This document shows, in pieces, positions 28,813-36,140 of a stretch of DNA of 36,140 nt. This DNA comes from Candidatus Ratteibacteria bacterium (GTDB taxonomy: Bacteria; Ratteibacteria; UBA8468; B48-G9; JAFGKM01): NCBI GenBank assembly GCA_046296715.1, contig JBKBIN010000012.1, forward strand, positions 1 through 36,140, in the 5' to 3' direction. Under the pieces are notes generated by a model. The model saw only the letters and a list, made by a program, of their open reading frames with translations, made no database searches and was not told where the DNA came from. A program made the position numbers and the translations under genes. Numbering within the stretch: the first letter of the stretch is position 1; every line of letters begins with the position of its first letter.

Positions 28813-29637
28813 TTACTCTCCAATTTTTTCAATTTCTTTTCTTTTAAATAAAGGGCTATTTTTATCTATAAATTCTGGTTCTGTGCAACCAAAACAAGGA
28901 GAATTATTTTTTATACACCAGTTTGTTCCACCATTCCATTCTCTTATGGGACAATCAGCATAAGTAAAAGGACCTTTGCAACCAAGTAAATATAAACAAC
29001 CTTCTTCTGAAAAACTTTTTGCAAATGAACCTTTATCAAAATAAGGTCTTCTTGGACAATTCTCATGAATCAATTTGGAATAAAAATCTAAGGGTCTATT
29101 TAATTCGTCAAGTTCTAATTTCTGTCCAATTATAATTTTTGTTATAGTCCCCAAAAACCAATCTGGATGAGGTGGACATCCTGGGATATTTATTAACAAT
29201 TTTTTGATATTCCTTTCTTCCATAATTTCTTTTACTGGCTTACAACCAGTAGGATTTGGCGATCCCATGGGAATTCCACCAAAACAAGAACAACTTCCAA
29301 TACATATAATCCCTTTACAGTTTTCCATCAAATCCCATAAAATCTCTAAAAATGTTTTTTCTCCTATCCTTCCATAAATACCATTATCTTTTGTTGGAAT
29401 AACACCTTCAACAACAAGAAAAAAATCCTTTTTGAAACTTTCTTCTTTCAAAACTTCTATAACTTTTTCTCCACTTTCTGCCATTATTGTTGACTGAAAA
29501 ACCAAAGATAATACTTTCCCTGGAACAATCTCATCAAGAAGTAAGTTTTTTATTTTAAGAGAAGATGAATTTAAAACAGATATAGTACATCCAGTACAAC
29601 TACCAGATTGAAGCCATACAACTTTTATAGTTTCCAT
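28813..29637 (-). CDS. [NiFe]-hydrogenase small subunit, no Tat signal or membrane anchor
   Basis: METIKVVWLQSGSCTGC, VEG, GSC..GG, PGCPPHP, HENCPRR, CLYLLGCKGP, WC...SPCFGC; ATG 29637 has SD GGAG (the longer ORF overlaps folD). Confidence 0.92.
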   Translation of the reverse strand: METIKVVWLQSGSCTGCTISVLNSSSLKIKNLLLDEIVPGKVLSLVFQSTIMAESGEKVIEVLKEESFKKDFFLVVEGVIPTKDNGIYGRIGEKTFLEILWDLMENCKGIICIGSCSCFGGIPMGSPNPTGCKPVKEIMEERNIKKLLINIPGCPPHPDWFLGTITKIIIGQKLELDELNRPLDFYSKLIHENCPRRPYFDKGSFAKSFSEEGCLYLLGCKGPFTYADCPIREWNGGTNWCIKNNSPCFGCTEPEFIDKNSPLFKRKEIEKIGE

Positions 29638-29639
29638 TT

Positions 29640-30497
29640 TTATACTCCCTTTTGCAATTTTGTAAGTAAAATTGTATTCCTCAATAATATTGCTGTAGTA
29701 ATTGGACCAACTCCACCAGGAACAGGTGTAATCCAACTTGCTTTTTCTTTTGCTTTTTCAAATTCAACATCTCCTACTATTTTATCCCCTACCCTATTTA
29801 TCCCCACATCTATAACTATTGCACCATCTTTAATCCAATCTCCAGGTATCAAATTTGCTTTTCCAACTGCGACTATTAATATTTCTGCTCTTTTTACATG
29901 CTCTTCTAATTTTCCTGCATCAGAAGTCCCTATATGACAAATCGTTGTTGTTGCAAATTTATCAACTAAAAGTAAAGCAACTGGTTTTCCAACTATATCA
30001 GAATGACCAACCATAACAACTTCTTTCCCATATAAATCAATTCCAAGATAATCTATTATTTCTTTAACAGCAAGTGCAGTACATGGACCAACATATGGCC
30101 TTCCATAAACAATCCATCCCATATTAGTTGGATTAACTCCTTCAACATCCTTTTCTGCCGAAATTTTTGATTGAACTTTCCTTGTGTCAACTCCTTTTGG
30201 TAAAGGCAATTGTAAAATTATTCCTGAAACTTCATTGTTTTTATTTAACATCTCTATATTTTCAATAATTCCAGATTCATCAATGCTTTCAGGTAAACTT
30301 AATATCTCATAATTAATACCTATTTTCTCACAATTTTTTTTCTGCTGATTCATGTAAACCATACTTGCTGGATTTTCTCCAACAGAAACTGCAACAAGTT
30401 TTGGAATTATTCCACTTATCTTTAATTTTTCAATTTCTTTTTTTAAATCCTCTTTTATTTTTTCTGCAATAAGTTTTCCATCAATCAAATTTCCCAT
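29640..30497 (-). CDS. folD: Methylene-THF dehydrogenase (FolD family; probably monofunctional)
   Basis: IDGK, GIILQLPLP, KDVEG, PCT, IVGKP, IDVGIN, ITPVPGGVGP. Confidence 0.93.
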   Translation of the reverse strand: MGNLIDGKLIAEKIKEDLKKEIEKLKISGIIPKLVAVSVGENPASMVYMNQQKKNCEKIGINYEILSLPESIDESGIIENIEMLNKNNEVSGIILQLPLPKGVDTRKVQSKISAEKDVEGVNPTNMGWIVYGRPYVGPCTALAVKEIIDYLGIDLYGKEVVMVGHSDIVGKPVALLLVDKFATTTICHIGTSDAGKLEEHVKRAEILIVAVGKANLIPGDWIKDGAIVIDVGINRVGDKIVGDVEFEKAKEKASWITPVPGGVGPITTAILLRNTILLTKLQKGV

Positions 30498-31103
30498 TTA
30501 TACCTCCATTTTTTCAATAACTCTTTTATTTATTAACTTGCTTTTATTTTTCATTTGCTTTTCTAACTCTTCTATTTTTTGTTTAACTATTCTTTTAAAT
30601 TCTGAATCTTTAAGAAATTTCAAATTTATCAATATATTCATTTTCCCACCTAAAAAAGCACCTACTGCAAAAATATTAGCAATTCCTATGTCAGAAATCA
30701 AATTTTTATTTCCTTTTTCAACAAGTATATCGCAAAAATTAACTATTTCAAACATATAATTACATATTTTAAGATGTAAATTCGCTGAAATTTTTAAGTA
30801 TTCTTCTGTATCCTTTTTCTCTTTAATTGCCTCATCAATCTTTTTATATATCCTGCTATCCTCTTCAATAAAATTTGTGCAATCAATTAAAATTTCTTCA
30901 TTCCTTTCTTTGATTTTCTTCAGTTCTTCTTGAAACTCTTCGTATCCCTTTTTGCCAATAGTATAATTTAAAACCATATTGATTAGAGAACTTGAAAGTG
31001 AAGAAAGACAGGCAACTGCACTACCACCACCTGGAACTGGTGACTTTGCTGATAAAATATCAAAATAATTTTTTAAAGAACTATTTAAAAAATTACAATC
31101 CAT
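30498..31103 (-). CDS. fchA: Cyclodeaminase/cyclohydrolase family protein (FchA methenyl-THF cyclohydrolase-like)
   Basis: S.SPVPGGGS, MVLNYTIGKK.Y, GNKNLISD, N..INL motifs; abuts folD. Confidence 0.82.
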   Translation of the reverse strand: MDCNFLNSSLKNYFDILSAKSPVPGGGSAVACLSSLSSSLINMVLNYTIGKKGYEEFQEELKKIKERNEEILIDCTNFIEEDSRIYKKIDEAIKEKKDTEEYLKISANLHLKICNYMFEIVNFCDILVEKGNKNLISDIGIANIFAVGAFLGGKMNILINLKFLKDSEFKRIVKQKIEELEKQMKNKSKLINKRVIEKMEV

Positions 31104-32601
31104 AATGAAATTCTTTCAATTTCAAATACTTTTCATAATTCTCATCCCACAATTCACTATTTTCTGGTCTATAAACAATTAAAGGGAAAGAATTTCTTAT
31201 AACCTCTCTAATCTGGGTTATATCTTTTAGTTCTCTTTTTGCAAGAATTTGAATTAATATATTTCCTATACTTGTTGCTTCTGAAGGCCCTGTTATAACA
31301 ATCTTTTTTGTTGCAGAAGAGGCAAATTGAGAAAGAAGTGAATTTTTACTACCTCCTCCAACTATATGTAATGTTTCAATAGGATATCCTATAATCTCTT
31401 CAAGTTTTTCTAAAACATATCTATATTCCATTGCCAAACTTTCAAGAATTACTCTTGTTATTTGAGGAATATCTTCTGGAATTCTTTGCCCTGTCTTTTT
31501 ACAGTACTCTTTTATTTTTTCTACCATATTCCCTGGATATAGAAAATCTGCACTATTAACATCTATAAAAGCATAAAAGGAAGTAGCATTTTTAGAAATT
31601 TCAACAAGTTCTTCATATTTGTATATCTTTCCTGCTTTATCCCATTCTTTTTTACATTCCTGTAATATCCATAATCCCATTATATTCTTCAAAAATCTTA
31701 TTGAACCGCCAAAACCACCCTCATTAGTAAAATTATATTCAAGAACTTTATCATTTATTATTGGGTCTGTAATTTCAACTCCAAGAAGTGACCAAGTACC
31801 AGAAGAAAGATAAGCCCATCTTTCTTCGTCTTTACCAGGTGTTCCAACTACAGCAGAAGCAGTATCATGACAACATACAGCAAAAACAGGTATTTGTCCA
31901 ACACCTATTTCTTCCTGTAGGTTTTTAGTAATATTGCTAATTAAAGTTCCAGGAGAAATAACCTGGGTAAGAAAATCTGTTTTTATACCAAGTTGTTCAA
32001 GTATTCCAAAACACCAGTTTCCCCTTGGCGCCTTATTCTGACCAGTTGCTAAAGAATTATACATTTGTGAGGTTGTTGTAATTGTATATTCACAGAACTT
32101 TTCTCCAGTTAATAAAAAGTTAAATAAATCTGGCATAAAAAGCAATGTTTTACAATTATCAATTAAATAAGGGAATTCTTTTTTTGTTGCATATAATTGA
32201 AATAGAGTATTAAGAGGCATAAATTGAATACCAGTTTCCTTAAAAATTCTTTCTCTCGGAACTAATTGAAAAACCTCTTCCATTATTCCATTTGTTCTTT
32301 CATCTCTGTAATGGAAAGGATTTGAAAGAATTAAATTATTATTTCCAATAAAACCACAATCAACTCCCCATGTCGTTATTCCAATTCCTGCAATCTCTCC
32401 ATAATTTTTTGCAATTGATATAATTTTTTTAACTTCTTCAAATAAAGACAATAAATTCCAGAATCTATGATTAAAAATTATTGTATTGTAAGTTGGAAAT
32501 CTATATATTTCTTCTATTGTAAGTTTATTTCCATCAAAATTTCCAATTATTCCTCTTCCACTTTCTGCTCCAAGATCAATCGCAAGATAATTTTTTTTCA
32601 T
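31093..32601 (-). CDS. rhaB: Rhamnulokinase/fuculokinase-family FGGY sugar kinase
   Basis: AIDLGAESGR, TWGVD, YRD.RT, TGIQFM, HDTASAV, SSGTWSL, TNEGG, LKNIMGLW, VGGGS; ATG 32601 preferred over TTG 32628. Confidence 0.85.
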   Translation of the reverse strand: MKKNYLAIDLGAESGRGIIGNFDGNKLTIEEIYRFPTYNTIIFNHRFWNLLSLFEEVKKIISIAKNYGEIAGIGITTWGVDCGFIGNNNLILSNPFHYRDERTNGIMEEVFQLVPRERIFKETGIQFMPLNTLFQLYATKKEFPYLIDNCKTLLFMPDLFNFLLTGEKFCEYTITTTSQMYNSLATGQNKAPRGNWCFGILEQLGIKTDFLTQVISPGTLISNITKNLQEEIGVGQIPVFAVCCHDTASAVVGTPGKDEERWAYLSSGTWSLLGVEITDPIINDKVLEYNFTNEGGFGGSIRFLKNIMGLWILQECKKEWDKAGKIYKYEELVEISKNATSFYAFIDVNSADFLYPGNMVEKIKEYCKKTGQRIPEDIPQITRVILESLAMEYRYVLEKLEEIIGYPIETLHIVGGGSKNSLLSQFASSATKKIVITGPSEATSIGNILIQILAKRELKDITQIREVIRNSFPLIVYRPENSELWDENYEKYLKLKEFHYGL

Positions 32602-32655
32602 ATGCAAATATTTAAATCCAAATTTCAAATTTTGTCAATAATCTTCCGCTAACAC

Positions 32656-33780
32656 CTACGAGGTGTAATTTGGGGAATACTTGAGTAATTCGGAAAGTTC
32701 TTTAATTAAAAATTTGTTTTCCTGTTCAGTTCCGATTGTTATCCGCACATATTGATTGCTTAAATTAAAACTTTTCATTCCTCTTATTATAATCCCCTTT
32801 TTTTCAAGTTCTTTTATTATTTCTGTTGCATCTTTTTTAAATTTGCAGAGGATAAAATTTGCTTCTGTTGAAATATATTCAATTCCTAATTTTTCTAAAT
32901 TTTCATATAAAAACCTTTTACCTTCTTTATTTACCTCAATTGACTTTTTGACAAAATCCTGGTCCTTCAAAGCAGTTATCGCAGCAATTTGAGCAAGTCC
33001 TGTAGTATTAAAAGGAGGCCTTATTCTTTCCATATAATTCAGAATTTCACTTTTCCCTATACCATAACCAATCCTTAAAGATGCAAGACCGTAAATTTTT
33101 GAAAAACTTCTTGTAAGAACTATATTTTTATCTTTGTAATAGGGAAAACAGGTCCCAAAATTTTTATCTTCAACATATTCAAAGTATGCTTCATCCGAAA
33201 TTACAATGATATTATCAGGTATTTTACTCAAAAATCTTTCAAGTTGGTCTTTATATACAATTGTTCCTGTTGGATTATTTGGATTACATAAAATTACCAC
33301 TTTTGTTTTTTCTGTAATTCTCTCAAAAAATTTATCAAGATTATATGAAAAGTCACTTTCAAGAGGAATTTCAACAGGAACTCCTCCCACTTTTAAAACT
33401 AATATTCTGTAAATGATAAAAGAAGGAAAAGGGTAAATAACTTCTTCTCCTGGATTCACAAAAGTTTCTATTACAAGGGAAATTACTTCACTTGAACCAC
33501 TGCCAAGAATTATTTCATTTTCAGGTATACCAAGAAAATTTGATAATTCTTTTTTCAAATAATAACCCGAACCATCGGGATACCTATTAATATCATCAAG
33601 ATTTTTCTTTAATACCTCTTTTACTTTTGGAGAACAACCAAGTGGATTTTCATTTGATGCAAGTTTTATAATTCTTTCAAGATTATAGACCCTTTTTATA
33701 TCATCAATTGGCTTTCCGGGAACATAAGGTGCAATCTCTTTTATCTCTTTTCTTACAAGTTTGTCAATTTTATTTGCCAT
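32656..33780 (-). CDS. hisC: Histidinol-phosphate aminotransferase
   Basis: YVPGKP, KLASNENPLG, RYPD, CNPNNPTG, DEAY, RSFSKIYGLASLRIGY, RITIG. Confidence 0.93.
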   Translation of the reverse strand: MANKIDKLVRKEIKEIAPYVPGKPIDDIKRVYNLERIIKLASNENPLGCSPKVKEVLKKNLDDINRYPDGSGYYLKKELSNFLGIPENEIILGSGSSEVISLVIETFVNPGEEVIYPFPSFIIYRILVLKVGGVPVEIPLESDFSYNLDKFFERITEKTKVVILCNPNNPTGTIVYKDQLERFLSKIPDNIIVISDEAYFEYVEDKNFGTCFPYYKDKNIVLTRSFSKIYGLASLRIGYGIGKSEILNYMERIRPPFNTTGLAQIAAITALKDQDFVKKSIEVNKEGKRFLYENLEKLGIEYISTEANFILCKFKKDATEIIKELEKKGIIIRGMKSFNLSNQYVRITIGTEQENKFLIKELSELLKYSPNYTS

Positions 33781-34762
33781 AGTTAAATCCTATCTTCTCT
33801 TTTACCTCATTAATCGTTTTAATCGCTGTTTGTCTTGCTTTTTTACTTCCTTCAATAAGTATTTCCATTATATCTTTTCTATTTTTCTCAAATTTCTTTC
33901 TTTTTTCTCTTATTTCAGCAAGATATTCAACAACTTTTTCTCCAAGTTCTTTTTTACAATCAGTACATCCTATCTTTGCGCCTTTACAATCAATTTCTAT
34001 CTCTTCTACCTTCTTTTCATTAAAAATTTTATGATATGAAAAAACAGGACAGGTCTCTGGATGACCGGGATCTTTTCTGAATATTCTCTTAGGATCAGTA
34101 AACATTTTACTCACTTTTTCCTTTATATCTTCAGGACTGTCTTTTAAATAAATTGCATTATTGTATGATTTGCTCATTTTCCTTCCATCTGTTCCAGGTA
34201 TTTTTGGAGTCTCTGTTAGAATTGCTTGAGGTTCAGGGAATATTTCTCCATATAAACTATTAAACCTTCTTGCTATTTCTCTTGTCAATTCAAGATGAGG
34301 CATCTGATCCATTCCTATTGGAACAAACTCTGCTTTATAAATCAAAATATCTGCTGCTTGAAGAACAGGATAACCTAAAAAACCATAAGTATTTAAGTCC
34401 TTATCCTTCATAACTTCTTTCTGCTCTTTATAAACTGGGTTTCTTTCAAGATATGGAACAGGAATAATCATAGAGAAAACTAAATGCAATTCTGTATGTT
34501 CTGGAACAAGAGATTGTATAAATATTGTTGATTTTTCTGGATCAAGCCCTGAACATATAAAATCTATTGCTACTTCTTCAACATAATTTTTTATATTTTC
34601 TATATTTGCATATTCAGTACTTAAAGCATGATAATCAGCAATCATATAAAAGCACTTATAACCTTCATCTTGTAATTTTTTCCAGTTTTTAAGTGCACCA
34701 AACAAATGACCTATATGTAGTGGACCTGTTGGTCTTATTCCACTTAATATTACTTTAGCCAT
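33770..34762 (-). CDS. trpS: Tryptophanyl-tRNA synthetase
   Basis: SGIRPTG.LHIGH, YPVLQAADI, DQ.PHLE, KMSKS. Confidence 0.96.
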   Translation of the reverse strand: MAKVILSGIRPTGPLHIGHLFGALKNWKKLQDEGYKCFYMIADYHALSTEYANIENIKNYVEEVAIDFICSGLDPEKSTIFIQSLVPEHTELHLVFSMIIPVPYLERNPVYKEQKEVMKDKDLNTYGFLGYPVLQAADILIYKAEFVPIGMDQMPHLELTREIARRFNSLYGEIFPEPQAILTETPKIPGTDGRKMSKSYNNAIYLKDSPEDIKEKVSKMFTDPKRIFRKDPGHPETCPVFSYHKIFNEKKVEEIEIDCKGAKIGCTDCKKELGEKVVEYLAEIREKRKKFEKNRKDIMEILIEGSKKARQTAIKTINEVKEKIGFNYGK

Positions 34763-34798
34763 TTTTCAACCTTTACAAGTTCATAAGTTATAAACTTC

Positions 34799-35662
34799 TT
34801 AACTTCCTAACTTAATTTTGTAATACTCTGTCAGTATTTCTTTATGATCAAATGCAATATTTTCTGGTAAATTTTTATTATTGAAGACAGAAGCATTTTT
34901 TGCATCATCTCCACTTTTTAATATTCCTTTCCCTTTTGCTATAAAGACTGTTGATATTGTGTGAAATCTTGGATCTCTACCTGGTTTTGAATATGTTTTA
35001 AGTTGTTTCAAATCATAAATATCAAGTCCTGTTTCTTCTTTTGCTTCTCTTATCGCTGTCTGTTCACAACTTTCTCCATATTCAACAAAACCACCAGGAA
35101 TAGCCCAACCAAATGGATAATTTTTTCTCTCTATAAGAACAATTCCATCATTATACTCAATTATTATATCAACTGTCGGGATTGGATTTTTATATGTTTT
35201 TTTTGTCAAGTTTCTTAAATATTTTTCAAAAACTGATAAAAAATCTCTGTAATCTTCTTCCTTTTCAATAACAAAATTAATTTCTTCAATTTGAAATTTA
35301 TTAGAAAGATATTTTAGTGTTTCTTCAATCATAATTTCTGCTACTTTTTGGCTCTCAAATTCTTCAAGTTTACAAAATGAGGTAGAAAAAGTAAGAGATT
35401 TAATTTTAAGTTGTTCAGATATTTTAAAACAATTTTCCATACATTTTTTTATAGTTTCATAATTTTCATCTATTTTAGTGTAAATTGTGTATTTTGAAGA
35501 TAGATTTTCTGACAACAAGCATATACTCTCTCCAACCTTTATATTCTCTACAAACTCAGATTTTGAAAGCATATTAACTATAGCATCAACTTTTTCCAAA
35601 TTAATATTGCTGTTTTTCAAACTTATCTTTACACCCATAATAAAAAAAATCGTTCTTTCCAT
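34799..35662 (-). CDS. Degenerate macro domain fused to a Nudix hydrolase (ADP-ribose pyrophosphatase-like)
   Basis: N-terminal KISLKNSNI...VDAIVN and IKSLTF (macro-like); C-terminal [30 protein letters not shown] (Nudix box), RDPR.H, AFDH. The start may be ATG 35638. Confidence 0.8.
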   Translation of the reverse strand: MERTIFFIMGVKISLKNSNINLEKVDAIVNMLSKSEFVENIKVGESICLLSENLSSKYTIYTKIDENYETIKKCMENCFKISEQLKIKSLTFSTSFCKLEEFESQKVAEIMIEETLKYLSNKFQIEEINFVIEKEEDYRDFLSVFEKYLRNLTKKTYKNPIPTVDIIIEYNDGIVLIERKNYPFGWAIPGGFVEYGESCEQTAIREAKEETGLDIYDLKQLKTYSKPGRDPRFHTISTVFIAKGKGILKSGDDAKNASVFNNKNLPENIAFDHKEILTEYYKIKLGS

Positions 35663-35668
35663 AAAAAT

Positions 35669-35677
35669 ATTATAACA
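35669..35677 (-). promoter_or_regulatory. Extended -10 promoter
   Basis: TG-T-TATAAT on the minus strand in the dcd/Nudix gap, 6 nt before ATG 35662. Confidence 0.6.
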
Positions 35678-35689
35678 TAATCTAAGAAA

Positions 35690-36139
35690 TTAAATAATCT
35701 TTGGAATTTCTATATCTTTTGCCTTATCATATTTTCCTAATAGGTCTTTATATGACCTTTCACAAACTTCATCAGAACTTAAAAAAATTACTTGTCCTAT
35801 TCCTTCATAAGCATAAACTTCTGCTTCAACAGATGTTAAATTTGCTATTTGTATTGTTATATATCCTTCCCATTCTGGTTCTAAAGGTGTAACATTTATA
35901 ACTATTCCACATCTTGCATAAGTTGATTTCCCAAAACATATTCCAATTACATCTCTTGGGATTCTGAAATACTCAACACTTCTTCCAAGAATAAAACTAT
36001 TTGGAGGTATTTTGCAAATTTTACCTTTAAATTTCTCAAAATCTTCTTCACTTATTTTCTTTGGTGACGAATATTTCCCTTTAAATATTAAAAAATAGTC
36101 CGATAGAGTAAAGTCATATCCATAAGAGGAAAGACCAAA
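35690..36139 (-). CDS. dcd: dCTP deaminase family protein (5' end outside the window)
   Basis: Hand translation: FGLSSYGYD...IPPNSFILGRSVEYFRIPRD...GKSTYARCG...VTPLEPEWEG...EGIGQV...IPKII*. Confidence 0.88.
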   Translation of the reverse strand, partial: FGLSSYGYDFTLSDYFLIFKGKYSSPKKISEEDFEKFKGKICKIPPNSFILGRSVEYFRIPRDVIGICFGKSTYARCGIVINVTPLEPEWEGYITIQIANLTSVEAEVYAYEGIGQVIFLSSDEVCERSYKDLLGKYDKAKDIEIPKII

Positions 36140-36140
36140 A

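Noticed and set aside
29638..29736. N-terminal extension of the hydrogenase small subunit as a possible signal peptide
   Set aside because: It is an alternative frame of the folD 3' end, with no RR motif or hydrophobic helix; the SD supports ATG 29637.
32652..32666. Hairpin ACACCT-ACG-AGGTGT over the hisC stop
   Set aside because: Only 6 bp with no U tract and no second copy seen; cannot call a terminator or REP element.
825..35892. Numerous short ORFs from the track that lie antisense or out of frame within assigned genes (e.g. 3882-4229, 6390-6746, 13577-13900, 27601-28008, 2369-2560, 13109-13405)
   Set aside because: They overlap well-supported genes, show no recognisable motifs, and have the composition of antisense shadows of AT-rich coding DNA.
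1..36140. CRISPR arrays, tRNA/rRNA genes, IS elements, prophage
   Set aside because: No regularly spaced repeats, no structured GC-rich RNA-gene-sized blocks, no transposase or integrase ORFs; nearly all sequence is assigned to housekeeping or metabolic genes.

Overview
Very AT-rich bacterial chromosomal segment, densely coding, probably from an anaerobe (lineage not determinable from this window). + strand (132-3083): a Tat-linked redox operon (DUF362 Fe-S protein, membrane ferredoxin, NapG/MauM-like ferredoxin, tatA, tatC). Everything else is on the - strand. In transcription order: dcd (partial), macro-Nudix fusion, trpS, hisC; rhaB-like kinase, fchA, folD, cytoplasmic [NiFe]-hydrogenase small/large subunits, maturation protease, metV, metF; a stand-alone FMN glutamate-synthase-like gene; purF, carA, split carB, guaA; glutamine-dependent nadE and an orphan small sigma factor; a nitrogen assimilation operon (amtB, P-II, class I GATase, glnA, archaeal-type split glutamate synthase with ferredoxin and FAD oxidoreductase); pdxJ and a membrane protein. 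Two things stand out. (1) A signal-less [NiFe]-hydrogenase with altered active-site motifs is embedded, by abutting genes, between folD/fchA and metVF, suggesting H2-coupled methylene-THF redox chemistry. (2) Three nitrogen-gene leaders carry ANTAR-type hexaloop hairpins in three different architectures, alongside a sigma factor sitting directly upstream of amtB. No rRNA, tRNA, CRISPR or mobile elements were recognised.
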